A DNA stretch of 64,000 bases, from contig RHPI01002262.1 of assembly GCA_009103225.1 (NCBI GenBank), positions 536,317-600,316 on the forward strand. Reading direction: 5' to 3'. The stretch is from Chlorokybus atmophyticus. Its lineage: Eukaryota; Plantae; Mesostigma and Chlorokybus algae. Positions 26,246-41,382 of the stretch are shown piece by piece. The stretch's first letter is position 1. Each line of letters opens with the position of its first letter. Position numbers and translations under genes: made by a program. A model generated the notes under the pieces. That model did no database searches and was not told where the DNA came from. It saw only the letters and a program-made list of their open reading frames with translations.

Positions 26246-27172
26246 TAGATTAGCAATATGTTTGTATAGCAGCAGTACTGTAACTTATAAGCAGCCTTTT
26301 GACTTATCTATATTGTGTGTTGCATATGTCAACATCACCACTCCACGATTTGGGATATGACTCTCCTTATGCATGCAGCTGTCGTGTTGTTGGGTTCAGG
26401 GATGTGTTGTGAGGTAGTTATGGGTCGTGCCACTGTCTTTGCATAGTCTTAGCCCCATCAGATTCTCTACAACAGGCCTGGTTGATACGAGCTGTAGCAC
26501 TGCAGCAGTTAATGATGACTGCCATTCAATCCTGTTTCTGCAAAAGAACGATGCATAGCAAGAACCGCTACCGTACGACCACATGTACATGTACATGTAG
26601 TCGGCTGTGCTGACATATGCATAGCAGCAAGCCAGTTCAAGTAGTGTGGGCAGGGTGACTACAGAAAATGCAAGGTGCAGCTGCCCATGCATAGGATACG
26701 CAACAAACATGATCACAACGTGACGCAGGCAACAACTACCATCATTACATGTTCACCACCGGGCTTCAACAACTACACCACCTGACTTGGTACACAACAA
26801 CTAACAACCCGTTAGTCATGCTAGCATGCACCTGCGGCAGTTGTCACCGGCACAGTGGCTGTGCTTAGCGGCAGCACTGCAATTGCTGTTGCCAGTGTTC
26901 TGCAGGTAAGAGGCTAACCTACTCATCTTGTTGTCGCTATTGCTGCTGACCACACACATAGATAAATGCATATTGCCACAATAGGAGGGAAACCGCCACT
27001 GTTGCCATGACATGCCTGGCCTACAGCCTACCTACATGGGCAAGTGTGGGAGAATGGCACTGTCAGCCATCACAGCCACAGTTGGTTGTTCACAAATAAC
27101 CACACTGATCGAGCCAACACGCGGTATACTTACAAGTTGGAAAACAAAAGCGCTGCTACACTAAAGGTGTTG

Positions 27173-29723
27173 TCACCGGCGGCGTCTGCCGCGACCACGA
27201 TCACGACCTCTATCACTGCCACTGTCGCTGCTGTCATCACTATCACTGCTGCCGCTATAAACATCACTATCATGACGCCGGGAGTCTTTCTCCTTGCCTG
27301 AAGCAGCAGCAGCTCGACTATCCCTTCTGGGACTCCTTTGCTCCTCTCCGCGCTTTTGAGAGGCCTTGGCCGCGGGAGCCTTTTTAACATCAACCGCATC
27401 ATCATCACTATCGTGCCTGCGTGTGTCTGTCGCTCGTGGAGGGGGACTCCTCCTCCCGCCCTCGCTGCCGCTAGAGCTGGTATCGCTGTCGCTATCACTT
27501 CCACTTGTACTCGCGCTCGGGCTGCGCTCCTGCTTGCGGCTGCGCTTCTTTGCCAGCTGCTGCTCCTCTTCACCATCGTCCTCACGCTTACGCCTGCGCA
27601 CGTCTTCCACACGCTCACTCTCTTTGGGCCCATCTCTGCGCCCATCTCTACGCTCATCCCTGCGCGCATCCCTGCGCTCAGCATCCCGTCTGTCCATCTT
27701 CTCATCATGCTGAGACGGACGCCTGTCGTCAATGTCATCTCGTCTTGTGTCACGGCGGCTCCTATCATCAACACCATCATCGCGTCTTGTGTCACGCCGG
27801 CGATCATCACGCTCGCCGCGAGTGGGCTCTCTCCTGCTGCTCCGATGCTTGGCTTCCTCCTCATTAAGCCTTTTGGCCTTCTCCAAAGCCCACTTCTCAT
27901 CAGCAGCCTTCTGCTTGGCCTCCTCCTCAGCCCTCTTCGCCGCCTTTTCTGCGTCTCGGGCTTTCTTCTTTGCTTCCTTGACCTGATAGCATGATAGTCA
28001 TCATGAGCACATGAGCTGCAGCCTGAAGGCAACGCAGAGAGGAAGCACTTAATCACGCAATGGTTTTATGATTAACCGCACGTCATGTGGTGCTATGCAG
28101 CTGCAGCAACATGCAATTCTACATGACGTCGATCATGAAATCGATGCGTCTCATATAAGGTTTCAAGGTCATGAGGTGCATCACAATGTCATACCGGATT
28201 CATTTCCCATGCTACCTTGAAAACACACTGAACGTGTGTTTTCAAGGTAGCAAAATATTGAACACTGCACACAGCTGCATGATCAAGGCCAAAAGGGGTT
28301 AGCGAATCGACCCAGCTCAGACCTTTGCTTTCTCTTCTCTCTTGCGCTTGCGCTCTTGCTGCCGCTTCTCCTTCTCCACTCGCTTCTCCGCCTTGAGCTT
28401 CTCCTTCTCCGCGCGCTTCTTCTCCTGCTGCTTCTCCTCATAGGCGGCCTGGCGCGCGAGCTTCTTCTCCTCCTGCAGCTCCCTGTCAAACGCCTCGCCT
28501 TCCTTGATGTCTTTCACGCCAAACGCCGCCGCCACGAGCTCCATTTGCTTCTGCTTCCGCGCCGCACGCTCATGCGTCTCGTCGTGGGCCTCATCCGGCT
28601 TGTTGCCGACAGCCTGTTTGGTTGTCAAAGCACTGATGTCAGTAGTAGGCATCAGCAGCAAGACTCTCTCTCGAACCCTTTGCAAGCGGATCGCACACTT
28701 GCCATTCAGTTTATGTTGAACTATCCACGTACAACCCATTTCATAGGAAGCACTAACTGCTTGCATGCAAAGTGCCCAACATACTAGTTGACTATTGGAC
28801 TGCACTGAAACCGCTACAAGTGTGGTGCACGCGTGTGTGCGTGGGGTTGGGCATGTGCATATAAGTCATGCATTTGACTCAGTCCTTGCCTGCTGTGTGG
28901 CATTGGCTTGCTCCTCTTCGAGTTGCTTGCGCACTCGAGCGACTTCCTGCTCGACCTCCTCTGCAGTGTAACCTTGTTCTTGAAGCGTGTCCGAAAGCTC
29001 TAGCAGCTTCACCTGCTTGGCACATGAGACTTGGTACCAAGCAATTGTGCAGTCAATCCATCAACTGCACTCCTACTTAAAAAATGGTGCAAATGGCGCT
29101 TGGATGCTGTTTTATCAAGCGAAAAATAACAAGCGTACAGAAGGACACGTGTTGATAGCATGCACGCACAGAATAGCATGCATATCAAATACACGCAAAA
29201 CGCTGCATGAACGCATCACGAACACAACCTGCAGCACAAAACGTTGACAATACTCCGACAAACACGCAAACACCCATCTGCTACAGCGCTCAGCATCGCA
29301 TTTCTGCAAATGACGACTTGCACATGATGTCAAGCTGCGCAGGCATCTGTTGAAGGAACACATCATGCATACTCTCAAAAACAAAAACCGAGCGTGTAGC
29401 AATGCCTTTCGTGCTGTTTGTTTGCAAACGGTGAACATTAACAAGGAAGCAAAGCAAGCCAAGCCTGACAGACCCGTACAGAACAGACAAGACAAGCCAA
29501 AAGCACCAACAGCAAAGGTGTTTACCTCAAGTTGGCGCCGGGCGTTGTGTGAGAGAATCTCAGCATTGGGCTTACGGGCAAAGCTGTTGCTGCGGTCCTC
29601 CGTGAGATCCACCCTGCTGAATGTCTTGGCGGCGGGACCAGGCCGCAGGAAGAAGGAGTTCTTCTGAACGTAGCCGTTGGTCCCGGAACCCCTCGCCGTC
29701 TGCAGCCCAATGCCATTGTACAT
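27173..29723 (-). CDS. CWC21: Pre-mRNA splicing factor CWC21/SRRM2-like (cwf21 domain plus RS/RD-rich tail), 4 exons
   Basis: The diagnostic N-terminus is MYNGIGLQTARGSGTNGYVQKN. The cwf21 domain reads KPNAEILSHNARRQLE|VKLLEL...GYTAEEVE, followed by ETHERAARKQKQME...AAFG and an Arg/Asp/Ser-rich last exon. Confidence 0.93.
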
Positions 29724-29829
29724 GGCTGACCGTCTTCACCACCACAGCAACTGCAACTATCACCTCAACGTCCACCACTCCAACTACAACCACACCACCG
29801 TCGCCGCCGCCACCTTCGCTGCCGTAGCA

Positions 29830-29839
29830 AAACCCTAAA
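29830..29839 (+). promoter_or_regulatory. Telo-box (AAACCCTAAA) in the CWC21/ENY2 divergent promoter
   Basis: Exact plant telo-box about 100 bp upstream of the CWC21 ATG. Function is inferred from plant promoters. Confidence 0.45.
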
Positions 29840-30168
29840 TCAGGTTGTTACTAAAGTCCCAATTGAGGATTTAGGTTGTGAAGTGTAGTCCTGAAGCCGG
29901 CACACCTTTGGGCTCCGGGGCGGGATTGCGAGCTGAGCTTGGAGCAGGACCTTGCGGCGAGAGCACACCAGGCTAGAAGTCCGACCAGACCAGGCCGGGG
30001 GGTCAGGCTGGGCCAGGCTGGGCTAGGCCGAGCGTGAATACAAGCCTCAAAGGGAAATTCAAGGAGCTGTTTGAAGAGCGTTGGGCTGCAAGCTTCTTCA
30101 CCTCCTGGTCGTCATCCTTGTCGTCGGTGGCAGCGGGCGGCGCCTTGGCGGCCCCATATTAGGCACGC

Positions 30169-32189
<2,021 letters not shown>

Positions 32190-35053
32190 GGAATAAAGAG
32201 GGGAGTTGACACATGTAAACGCCTGGAGCTGGGCAGTTGTGTGGGTGTGTGGCTTGCTGATGTGTGCGTCATGACTGTGCACGCGCGCCATAAATGACGT
32301 CATACACACGCACATGCGCATGCACGCATGCATATACGCACGCACACGTGCATGCGCACATCTTTGTGTGACATATGCGTGCATAAAGAGTACGCAGATA
32401 GCCTTATATGCCTGCATATTGTGGGTCTTGCCATTGATGCGGGCTTTCCACCGACCCTTTTAGCACAACTCTGTTGTTTTAGACATGTCACCTTGAAGTT
32501 GGGTTGCCACAACCACATTCGCAAACAAACCTCCACATCCTATAGAATTGCAGTGTTTGCAAGCGTGCATATAGTGTGTGAGCGGCATTTGCATACACAC
32601 AAGAGCTGCAAACTGTGCCACACATCGCACAATGGTACCACTCCACCCTGATTGTCAACACAATGGCAAGGTCATGGTGGACATTATGTCCATATGATAT
32701 TATTCCTCCTTGCATGATTCATCCCTTGTGCGCCATGACGCGAGCAAGTTAGTAAGGAAAGAACGCAAAACACATTCTATTGCACGGTTAATCATGTCAT
32801 ATCTCCCTATCATAATGCTTTCAGCCGTCGCGCGCAGTTCCGTCCATACATGCAATCTGAAAAGGAGAAAAGGTTTGATGAAGACACTTTAGCTGGCTGG
32901 CTTTTCATGTGGTGTTGGTGTGTGTTGGGAACTTTATGAGCGCACGCAAACACACGCACACAGACACACGCTTGGAATACCTAGCCTCAATGGCAGCATG
33001 TCCTCGCCATAGTGGTCGCTTTTGATTTTTTGCGTGTGCAAGGGCACACAAAATGGGTGTGAACACCCACCCCTTATCATGCTTAGCAACGACAGCACAT
33101 CACACAAGGTGTGCACCTGCTTTACTGGGTTGCGGTGAAGATACGCTTTGAGCGCCTCGTCACACGACTGCATGAAGACACTTAAGAGAGACACAATACT
33201 GACTGCATGCATGAGTGATCTAATGCATGCTTTGTTTACTTCGTGATAAAGTTTTATGATGTCTCACCAAAACTTCTTTCATATTCAAAACGTCGTCTCC
33301 GTCATCACAACTCGAATGCAATGTGCCCGTGATGAACACCACAATCGCGCGTACTCCGACACACGCATCACCTTAATGGGCCACGCACATGCACACACGC
33401 CAATTGCCGCTTTAATCCACCCCACGGCCTCCTTGCTCCCCCTAAACGAGTAGTACGCTGGCGCAGGGGACGCGAGGAAGCAGGTGTTGAGGGCGTTGGA
33501 CGCGACACGGGTAAAGGTGGCTTTGTAGTTGTTGTTGTTGTCAACATGCACATGGCAAGAACGGCGTCGTAGTAACGAGAGACCTACTTCGAGTCACATT
33601 GCCGGGGGGNNNGGGATTAATGAGTGGCGCGCGCATATATGGTGAAACGTATTTGGACATGTGGTCAGTCACGTGCGTCCATTCTTTGCTTCAAACTTTG
33701 AAGTTGAATTCCCTTGCATGATCCCCGTGCCTGCACTGCGCGCTCAGCGCGGGCACGGCTTTAAGTATATACTTAAAGTAGTGCCAATATAAGGAGTGGG
33801 CTCCGACCACTAGGCTATGGTGGCGAAAAACGCTACCATGAGTGAGGTCTGTGACAATATATTTCAAATCGTGACAGCCAAGCATATATGCTTGGCATCT
33901 TCAAAAGTTTTTATTGATGAGGTAGTCTTGTATGACCTGAGGAGAGGAGGGAGGGAGTAGGGGGGAGGGCGTAAGCTGAGACTGCTCAGCGGCGATGAGA
34001 AAGTGTAGTTGTTTCTCAGGCGTTTTTCTTGTGTCTGAGTCGGTGGAGTGGGTCAGAGAGAATTGTACAGAGAGAATGCAGCAAGCAATGCACTTGTTAG
34101 GGTGTCGAAACACATGCCATGGCTGAAAAGGGCAAGCACAGTGCAGCGTGTTTGCAGCAATGCATTGCACCTGCCATGTATTGCCATTTTGCCATATGTA
34201 TATTTTTTACTTGTATCGCACTACCTTTCATTGCAAATCGGTCTATTGACGTTCCCGTGCGGTGAGAATTTGCCTGCAACGGAGCATAGTACTCTGCGTT
34301 GTCTGGCATGATTGAAGCCATTGTGCTGCCTGCTGGTTGATGCTCTCTACAAATGCTGCGTGCAACGGCTTAGGGTTTGACTGCAGAGCAGCAGCAGGAG
34401 TAACGGCAGCTGAGGCACTACAGGAGCATACGTAATCACGCGTTCAGTTGTGGCAGTTTTGAGGCGACGGCCGCCGCCATCGCCGCCGCCGCCACATGCA
34501 CATGCAGACATTGGAATGCTGATTGCGCAGTCAGCGTTGCCAAGCTGGAATCCTATTGTTGGGCCAACTTCCACCCGAGATGACCGATCGGCTACAGCAA
34601 TGGGAAAGTTCTTGCAGAAGGTGATTTGGCGGGATAGCTGTGTTTGTGTTATTATGAGATTACGAGGTGAAGCCCGCTTGGCAGCTTTATTAAGATATGC
34701 CACTTCAAGACCAAGTACAGTGAAACTTGGAGGGTATCTTAGGGCTTGTCTTTAATGTAATATTTATTGAAGTGATAATAGTTCATGCAAGCTGTGCACA
34801 TATATATAAGCTTGTTCTTGTTATTCCACTCAGCCATTAGCTGTATCTCATACTCATATACTATTTGTTCAAGCGTTCACATCGCCAAAAGTTGACGGGG
34901 AGAGTTGAATTCCAGGGGAGATGTGTTGCATCACCTTTTTACGGAACATGCTTCGGAATAAAGTTGCAACCATTTAACGTTCTTGGGAAGTGGGTATTCG
35001 GTTAAACGCCACACCTATTGAAAATGTTTCACACACAAACAAAGTAGTCATTT

Positions 35054-35092
<39 letters not shown>

Positions 35093-35429
35093 NNNNNNNN
35101 NNNNNNNNNNNNNNNNNNNNNNNNNNNNNNNNNNNNNNNNNNNNNNNNNNNNNNNNNNNNNNNNNNNNNNNNNNNNNNNNNNNNNNNNNNNNNNNNNNNN
35201 NNNNNNNNNNNNNNNNNNNNNNNNNNNNNNNNNNNNNNNNNNNNNNNNNNNNNNNNNNNNNNNNNNNNNNNNNNNNNNNNNNNNNNNNNNNNNNNNNNNC
35301 CGTCGCAATATGTTTTCCCTGCCGGCCGACTAAATATTGGCAACGGCCGTGCACCTGAGGACGCTAATTTAGACTGTCGTGGCTCAGGCCAACTGTAATC
35401 TTAATACACGGACCTAATAGTAACTTTCG

Positions 35430-35780
35430 TTACTGTAAGGCCCTTTTTGTTACAATTTAGTCTTTAACAGTTGACTATGCCTAACTAACAGGCGCCTGTT
35501 AGTTACCTATCAGGCCTTAACAGGTGACTTTTTATAATTAACAGGCACCTGTTAGTCACACACCAGGCCTTAACAAATGACTTTGTGTAATTTACAGGCA
35601 ACTGTTAGTTACACATCTGGCCTTATTAGGTGACTACAACTAATCAACGGGCACATGTAAGTTACACATCAGTCTTACCTAGGTGACTCAGCCTATGTGA
35701 CAGGCACCTGCAGGTTACACACCAGTCCAGCGCAGGCGACTAAGCCTAATTCACAAGCACCAACTAGGTAATTATCGACA
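35430..35780. repeat. Degenerate 53-bp tandem array (6-7 copies) with palindromic core TAACAGGCGCCTGTTA
   Basis: The ACAGGC-type anchor recurs at 35488, 35541, 35594, 35647, 35700 and 35753, an exact 53-bp period. The first core is a perfect 16-bp palindrome. Confidence 0.9.
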
Positions 35781-36121
35781 AAATAAGGCATTCTTTAACA
35801 ACTGAAGGTGACCAATGCCTAACTGTCGTCATATGTATTTGCATAGCTTGACTACACGCGACTGTCACTGACTTCCAGCATTGTTATGTGCCTGTGCTGT
35901 GTACATGTACCTGAAATGTGTACAGTGTCTCTCAGTCACTTGCCAAGGCTTGTAGTTCGATTATGTGACTCGAATGCAGTTCTGTTGTATATCATAGGGG
36001 TGCAAGTATTGGTGTGCATGAGCATAATGACGACTGACTGAGCTGGTTTAAGATGCACAACACTCAGTCACAAGAGCCTTGTAGCTATGTACACTACCAG
36101 CTAAACGGACTACCAACTGCG

Positions 36122-37950
36122 CTACAGCTCCTCTCCATCATCGCTGGTCTCGTCATTACGGAACAAAGCACCACGCGCTGGGGCCTGTGGAGGAGACGCC
36201 GGAGCTTGCTCTTCCTCCTCAAACGGTTGTGCCAGCCAATCAAATGCCGCTTCTGCCTCAGCGAGCGGGTCACGAGCTGCTGTCTCTTGCGGCCGGCGCC
36301 GATTGGGATCTTTCAGGTATTCGACACAAGATGCAGTGCGGCGTTTCACAAGGGTGAATGGCTGGAGGGCTGCGTACCGTTGCCTCATCTCCCGCTTCAT
36401 TGACATGATCATGGTGTTGATTTCGCTGAGGTACTCTTCATGTGTGTCTATGCTGGCAGCTAGGAGAGGGTCTCCATCCTTGCCCTTTAGGATGCGCTCC
36501 ACCTGCGTAGTTTACAGGCATGTCTTAGTGGCATCAAAAGCCACTATTCACTGCAACGCGTCTGCAAGCCTGTAGTTTGGGGCTACAGCGTTCCTGAATT
36601 GCTAATAATGGAGTTCAGAGTGCTCACCGTAAGCAACAGGTATGCGAGGTGGTTGACTGTCAGCTGCCGGCGACCAGGTGTAGTGACGGCGTAAGACCAG
36701 CATTGCACGATCATTTGCCAGATTATGGGATTGCCCCATTCATGGATGTATCTCCTCCGCTCCGGGTCTGCAGTGTCGGTCACCTCAAATCTCCGCCATG
36801 ACTTGTCTGCGACAGTCATACCGACAAGGCATTAGTCACGAAATAGATAGTTCAAGTTGAGCCTGCACCAGGCTAGAATAGTGCCTGTGACTTACTTTGG
36901 AGCGCGTTGCGCATCTGGGCTTTTTGGGTCTCGGGGTCCATTAGGGCGTCGATGTGCCTGATTGAATCGGTTACAATAGGCGAGATGAGTACGTGTGTAT
37001 GGAGGCTGAGTAAGAAGGCAGTGTTGCATAGCAGACATGGTGGTGAGGGACCCAACTCACTTGCGCTTGTTGCTGTTAAACAGTGTCCACTTGTACTCCT
37101 TCTCAAGGACATGCTTGATCTTGGTGACGTTCTCAGACCGGACCTGCGTAGCTTTCTTCAGGGCGACACTCCAGTGGAAGGGGCACTCCTTGGGAGTCCA
37201 GTACACCTCATAGAACTTGGCCGCATCGGCCTCGTCGTCATGGTCGAAGCCAACTACCTGTCACGGGCAGGTTGGTCAGTGTCACGGTGCAGTGCGGTCA
37301 TGAAGCATTCACAGCACCTGACACATGACGTTACGAATAGTGTCCTCCTTGGGATAAACGTGGCTCTCTACCCAGTGGCCGTTTATGATTTCAACGACGG
37401 CATCTCGCAAATGCTGTCCACAGAAGAACAATCCGTTACACACATACACACAGTGTCACAGTGTCACACAGTGCTTACCTCGTTGCCAATCTTCCACTTG
37501 CTTGGGGAAGGGTTGCTGACGGCCGAGGTTGCCACGTCACGGCCAAATGCGTTTGGGTTGGGGGTTCCAATCGACCCTCTGCAAGCACAACCACATGAGT
37601 CATGCTGCCAGCCATGAAAGATGCAACCCTCACAGTTGCAAAAGAAGAACAACGTGCACAGTGTATCCAGAACGCATGCAGTGAGTCACTGTGCTAGTCA
37701 TGATAGAAGCAAGCATCCAAGTTAGAAGTTGAGCAAGAAGCAACGTGCACAGTGCATCAAGAACGCATGCAGTCTAGCTTGCCCTTGCGACTGCGGTGTC
37801 AGGTGGAGTTGTTGTGATGTGCTGGGCGTTAGCGCGGGGTCTTGCTGCGATTGGTTGGCGACGGTTGCCTGGTTGAACACTGGGGGCAATGTGGACAACT
37901 GGCGCCGACCTCCACGACGAGGTGCACTTACGGATGGACCACGAGGCATC
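36122..37950 (-). CDS. Multi-exon hypothetical protein (element cargo)
   Basis: Exons splice in frame through GT-AG junctions: HLRDAVVEIINGHWVESHVYPKEDTIRNVMCQ|VVGFDHDDEADAAKFYEVYWTPKECPFHWSVALKKATQVRSENVTKIKHVLEKEYKWTLF, then WGNPIIWQMIVQCW and VERILKGKDG...EEL. The 5' end is uncertain. Confidence 0.6.
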
Positions 37951-38131
37951 TCTCCAACTGATAGTCGGGTGCCGCCTGTTTAGCTGTAAGTGGCGCTGCC
38001 GCCTCCAACGCTGCCGCCGCCGGTTGGCCCGCCCGAATGTATGAGGCGCGAAAACGAAAATGAGGCGGTTTTGAACGTCTAGAGTCCCGCACTAGAGTCG
38101 CACTTGTAGTGCGTCCTTGCTCCTATGGTTG

Positions 38132-38291
38132 ATGGTACGACTTATGCATTCGTGCCATGCATGCTTCGTACAACCATTGTTACCAATGGTTGTGTCGTAA
38201 CATTTATGGTACGACAGAGGCATCTCTCGTCCAACCCCAGCGATTGCCGTACAATGGCTCTGTCGTACCATTCATGGTACGACAGAGGCAT
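38132..38291. promoter_or_regulatory. GTACCAT/ATGGTAC palindrome cluster 1 (between divergent cargo genes)
   Basis: A hairpin CTCTGTCGTACCAT-TC-ATGGTACGACAGAG lies at 38258-38287. An 18-bp direct repeat ATGGTACGACAGAGGCAT occurs at 38206 and 38274. An inverted repeat CAACCATTG/CAATGGTTG spans 38171-38192. Confidence 0.55.
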
Positions 38292-38339
38292 TGCTCGATC
38301 AGCCCAAATGGGAGCAGCATGCACTCACCCAAACACGCT

Positions 38340-41286
38340 TCATTGATGGCCGGATGATGGCACGCAGGGGCACCAGGTCGATGACGGGTCGAATGTCAGG
38401 CTTGATGGGCCTGGGTTCGACTAGGAGGCGGAGGACCAGGAGTCGGAGGAGGCGGCGGCGGCGGCGGCGGCGTGGCACATCTTGCGAGAAGTTGTGGTCG
38501 TAAGAGTTCAAGCAGCGAAGCCAGCTACTACCGGTCGCCACGTCATGGATCATGGCAGGCGTCAGCAATGGGGCTGTCCAACATGCATCACCAACATTGG
38601 ACAAACCAGCAGGCAAGCCATTAAAGACCATCTTCACACAGAGAGCTGCTTGGTGGCTCGCTTTCTGCAACAGGGAGTGGATCATGAGCTGCAGTCCTTG
38701 GAGCCCCTTGTCGGAACCATGCGGGACCAATTGCGGCTGTGGAAACAAGCACAAAATATGCAGAGGTACGCTCAACAGTCACATGCATTTCCTTGCAAGA
38801 GCAATTTGTTTTTTAGCGCAGTCCATGTGATATATGTAGCGTGGTTGCAGGCCTCCACTATTCACCCATACCCACCCTACAGTCAAGCCGACATTGCGGA
38901 AGCAAGAGCAGATAGAAAGAGCTGGGCGGCGGTATGTTGTTGCCAATCTCGCTGTGCATGTTGACAACAATGTCGGCTCCAATGCATGCCTACCTTTGCA
39001 TGCTAGGATGTGCGTGAGCGTGCGAAGTCGCGCGCGCGTGCCGAACGAAGTAGGCTGGGTTTGAGCACAGGAGCGCGTGGCCATTTGTCCGGCATTCAAC
39101 CAATAGTGCATCAACCAGCAATGACGCAGTCCATGCAATCATTCGTGCATCAACCAGCAATGCCGCAGGTGACTGTTCGAAGCAACCAACTGATGACGGT
39201 GTGACGCAGTTGACTATTGCAATTGCAGTGTCGCAAGCATGCAGCTAACCCACATGTGATTAGTTGACAGCACCACAGTGCACTAAGTCCTATTGGAGCT
39301 CCTATGCAAGCCTGGATTCAATCCCATCAACTGGTCTTTCAATCCCACTTGCTGATGGGCGCGGCGGCAATGCAGCATCAGTTTAACATGCATGTTGGCC
39401 TGTTGAATCCCGACATGTCCATTGGGGCAGTGGCGCATGATGTGCCCATGGCTCACGAGCTCCGTGACGAGTCTGCCATCGAGGGTGGCGGGGAGAGTGC
39501 AGCCAATACCACCTTGTCAGCCCCCATGGCTTCCCCTGCTCCATGCAGCCCACGGGCCATTGAGGTAAGTCGCTGTCTTTTATGCTCGTGCCTTGGTAAC
39601 AATGCGTCAGGCACTGCATAAGCTTATATTCGTCCTTTGCAACACTTTGTGAGCCATCTTATCATGGGTCCTGTATACAGCCCCCCTTGCTGCATGCACA
39701 AGTGGTCTCACTTGCAGCTCCTGCTCCCCTCCCAGCCAGAGCGCAACCACCTTCCGCGGCACCAGTCCTTCGTGCACTGCCATCTCCTCCACGAGCAGCA
39801 CCGGTAATTGCGGGGCAACAATCCTTCTTGCCGCCACCGGCGAGACCACAGCACAATGCAACAACCGATGTGGCTTCTGCACCTACCTTACCCCACCCGC
39901 TGCAAGTTGAAGCCGGCAGTCTGCCCCAAACTCAGGTACTTTATCAGTCACTGTGACTCTTGCCGTCCACAGTTGGACACACCATGTGAGTGCTGTATGC
40001 GCATGCAGCAGGGGTCACCACCTGCCAGCGATTCATCAGAGGAGCTGGCCGCAACCCGCATACGGCCATCAGTCATGATAGGTGGCCAGCTCGCCTCATG
40101 GGACCACTTCAATGCGCCAACGGATGGTAACTGCTTCTATCATTGTGTATTTCGCGCCAGGCCATCCATAGCGCAAAGTGTCCTGGATGATCACAAGTGC
40201 CCCAGCTCGAGCAGATTTTGGGACATGCTGGACACCATGGACGACGACGGCAGGGGGCACACTCTCTGCAAAATCACCGCCAAGGCTGTCGATGCAGGTG
40301 TGGCGAGCAGAATCCTAGACTTCTGCAGAGCCACTGGTGCCGCGGGAGAGATGGCGCAGTATTACGACAAACTGCCTGCTACCATGTTGGCTGATATCAA
40401 CTGCAACATTGACCTAGCCATGGCCAAGGTGCGACAGATCGTGCGGAGAAAAGATGTGTACGTCGAGCACCTGCAGATGACCATGTTTGCCAACAAGCTG
40501 GGCTTGTTGATTGGCTGCGTGACCGTTCAGCGCGAGCATGGGGAGTGGGTGCCACGGCCCGGCAGCGCAGTTTGGGTTGGAAATAAAAAAGCCCCCAACT
40601 CAGTTCTGGTGGTGGGCAACACTGCTCATGATGAGCCAGAAGCACACTTTTGGCTCCTCAAGCCCGCAAGCACCGAACGGTGGTCGTGGCCTATGCATGA
40701 AGTGCCACTGGAGGTAACACACCTGATCGGAGAGTGGCGGCATGACGTTGCCAATTCCCCGCTACCACCGGCTGTGAGCCAGAGTGCGCCAACGCCTCAG
40801 GCCTCGCCTTCGTGTGCTAGGCAAGAAGTAGCCGAGTGTTCTGCACATCCTGCCTCCCCTCAACCACAGCCACATGCTCGCAATCCCAATTCAGCACCCT
40901 CCCTTCCTGCCGCGGAGACTCACTTGCCACCGCACTCTGACCATCCGGAGGCATCTCCATCAAGAAGCAGCTGTAGCTCGCCCTCTCCCTCTAAGCTTGC
41001 CACATTGATCCCAGCCTGTCTTGTTGGTAAAGAGATTGATCGAGGTGTCCTGAAAGCTGCGCTGAAAGACAAAGGCTTCATGCTCGACCTCATGAAGCAA
41101 CATGAGGTCGTTGAGGACCGGGAGGCAACCAACAAGCGCAAGGCTGTGGAGCAAGAAGATAACGCCTTACCTCCTCTGAGTGACAGTGCCACGGAGAGCG
41201 CCTGCCAGGATGTGCAGGGTGACAAAAAAAAAAGAAGAAGGTTGTTGGAACAAAGGACGCTGATTGGACTAAAAAAGAAAAGGTGA
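38340..41286 (+). CDS. OTU-like cysteine protease, probably preceded by spliced zinc-finger and Pro/Ala-rich exons
   Basis: The OTU Cys loop reads HFNAPTDGNCFYHCVFRA and the His loop reads EPEAHFWLL, both in the intact exon at about 40010-41286. An upstream exon has WGCPTCITNIGQTSRQAIKDHLHTESC (C2H2/C2HC-like) and an in-frame TAG at 38422. Linkage of the upstream exons is inferred. Confidence 0.7.
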
Positions 41287-41382
41287 GGCATCGTTACAAC
41301 ATTAGAAGAAGCACAGCGCCTTGAAGCCTCACTGAGGCTGACTGTGTGTCCTGAGTAGGCACAGGCGGGTTTACAGCGTCAA

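Noticed and set aside
28888-28889. GC-AG intron in CWC21
   Set aside because: An alternative canonical GT donor near 28878, paired with the CATCAG acceptor, also keeps the frame.
32980-34600. Gene between ENY2 and the element
   Set aside because: Protein-like fragments appear on both strands, but I could not build a consistent spliced frame or recognise a motif.
35053-35300. ORFs spanning poly-C/G plus N runs (also 3375-3428, 17850-17975, 52123-52411)
   Set aside because: These are assembly gaps at G/C homopolymers, so the translated X runs are meaningless.
35430-35780. CRISPR array
   Set aside because: The whole 53-bp unit is repeated with gradual divergence, there are no unique spacers or cas genes, and the context is eukaryotic.
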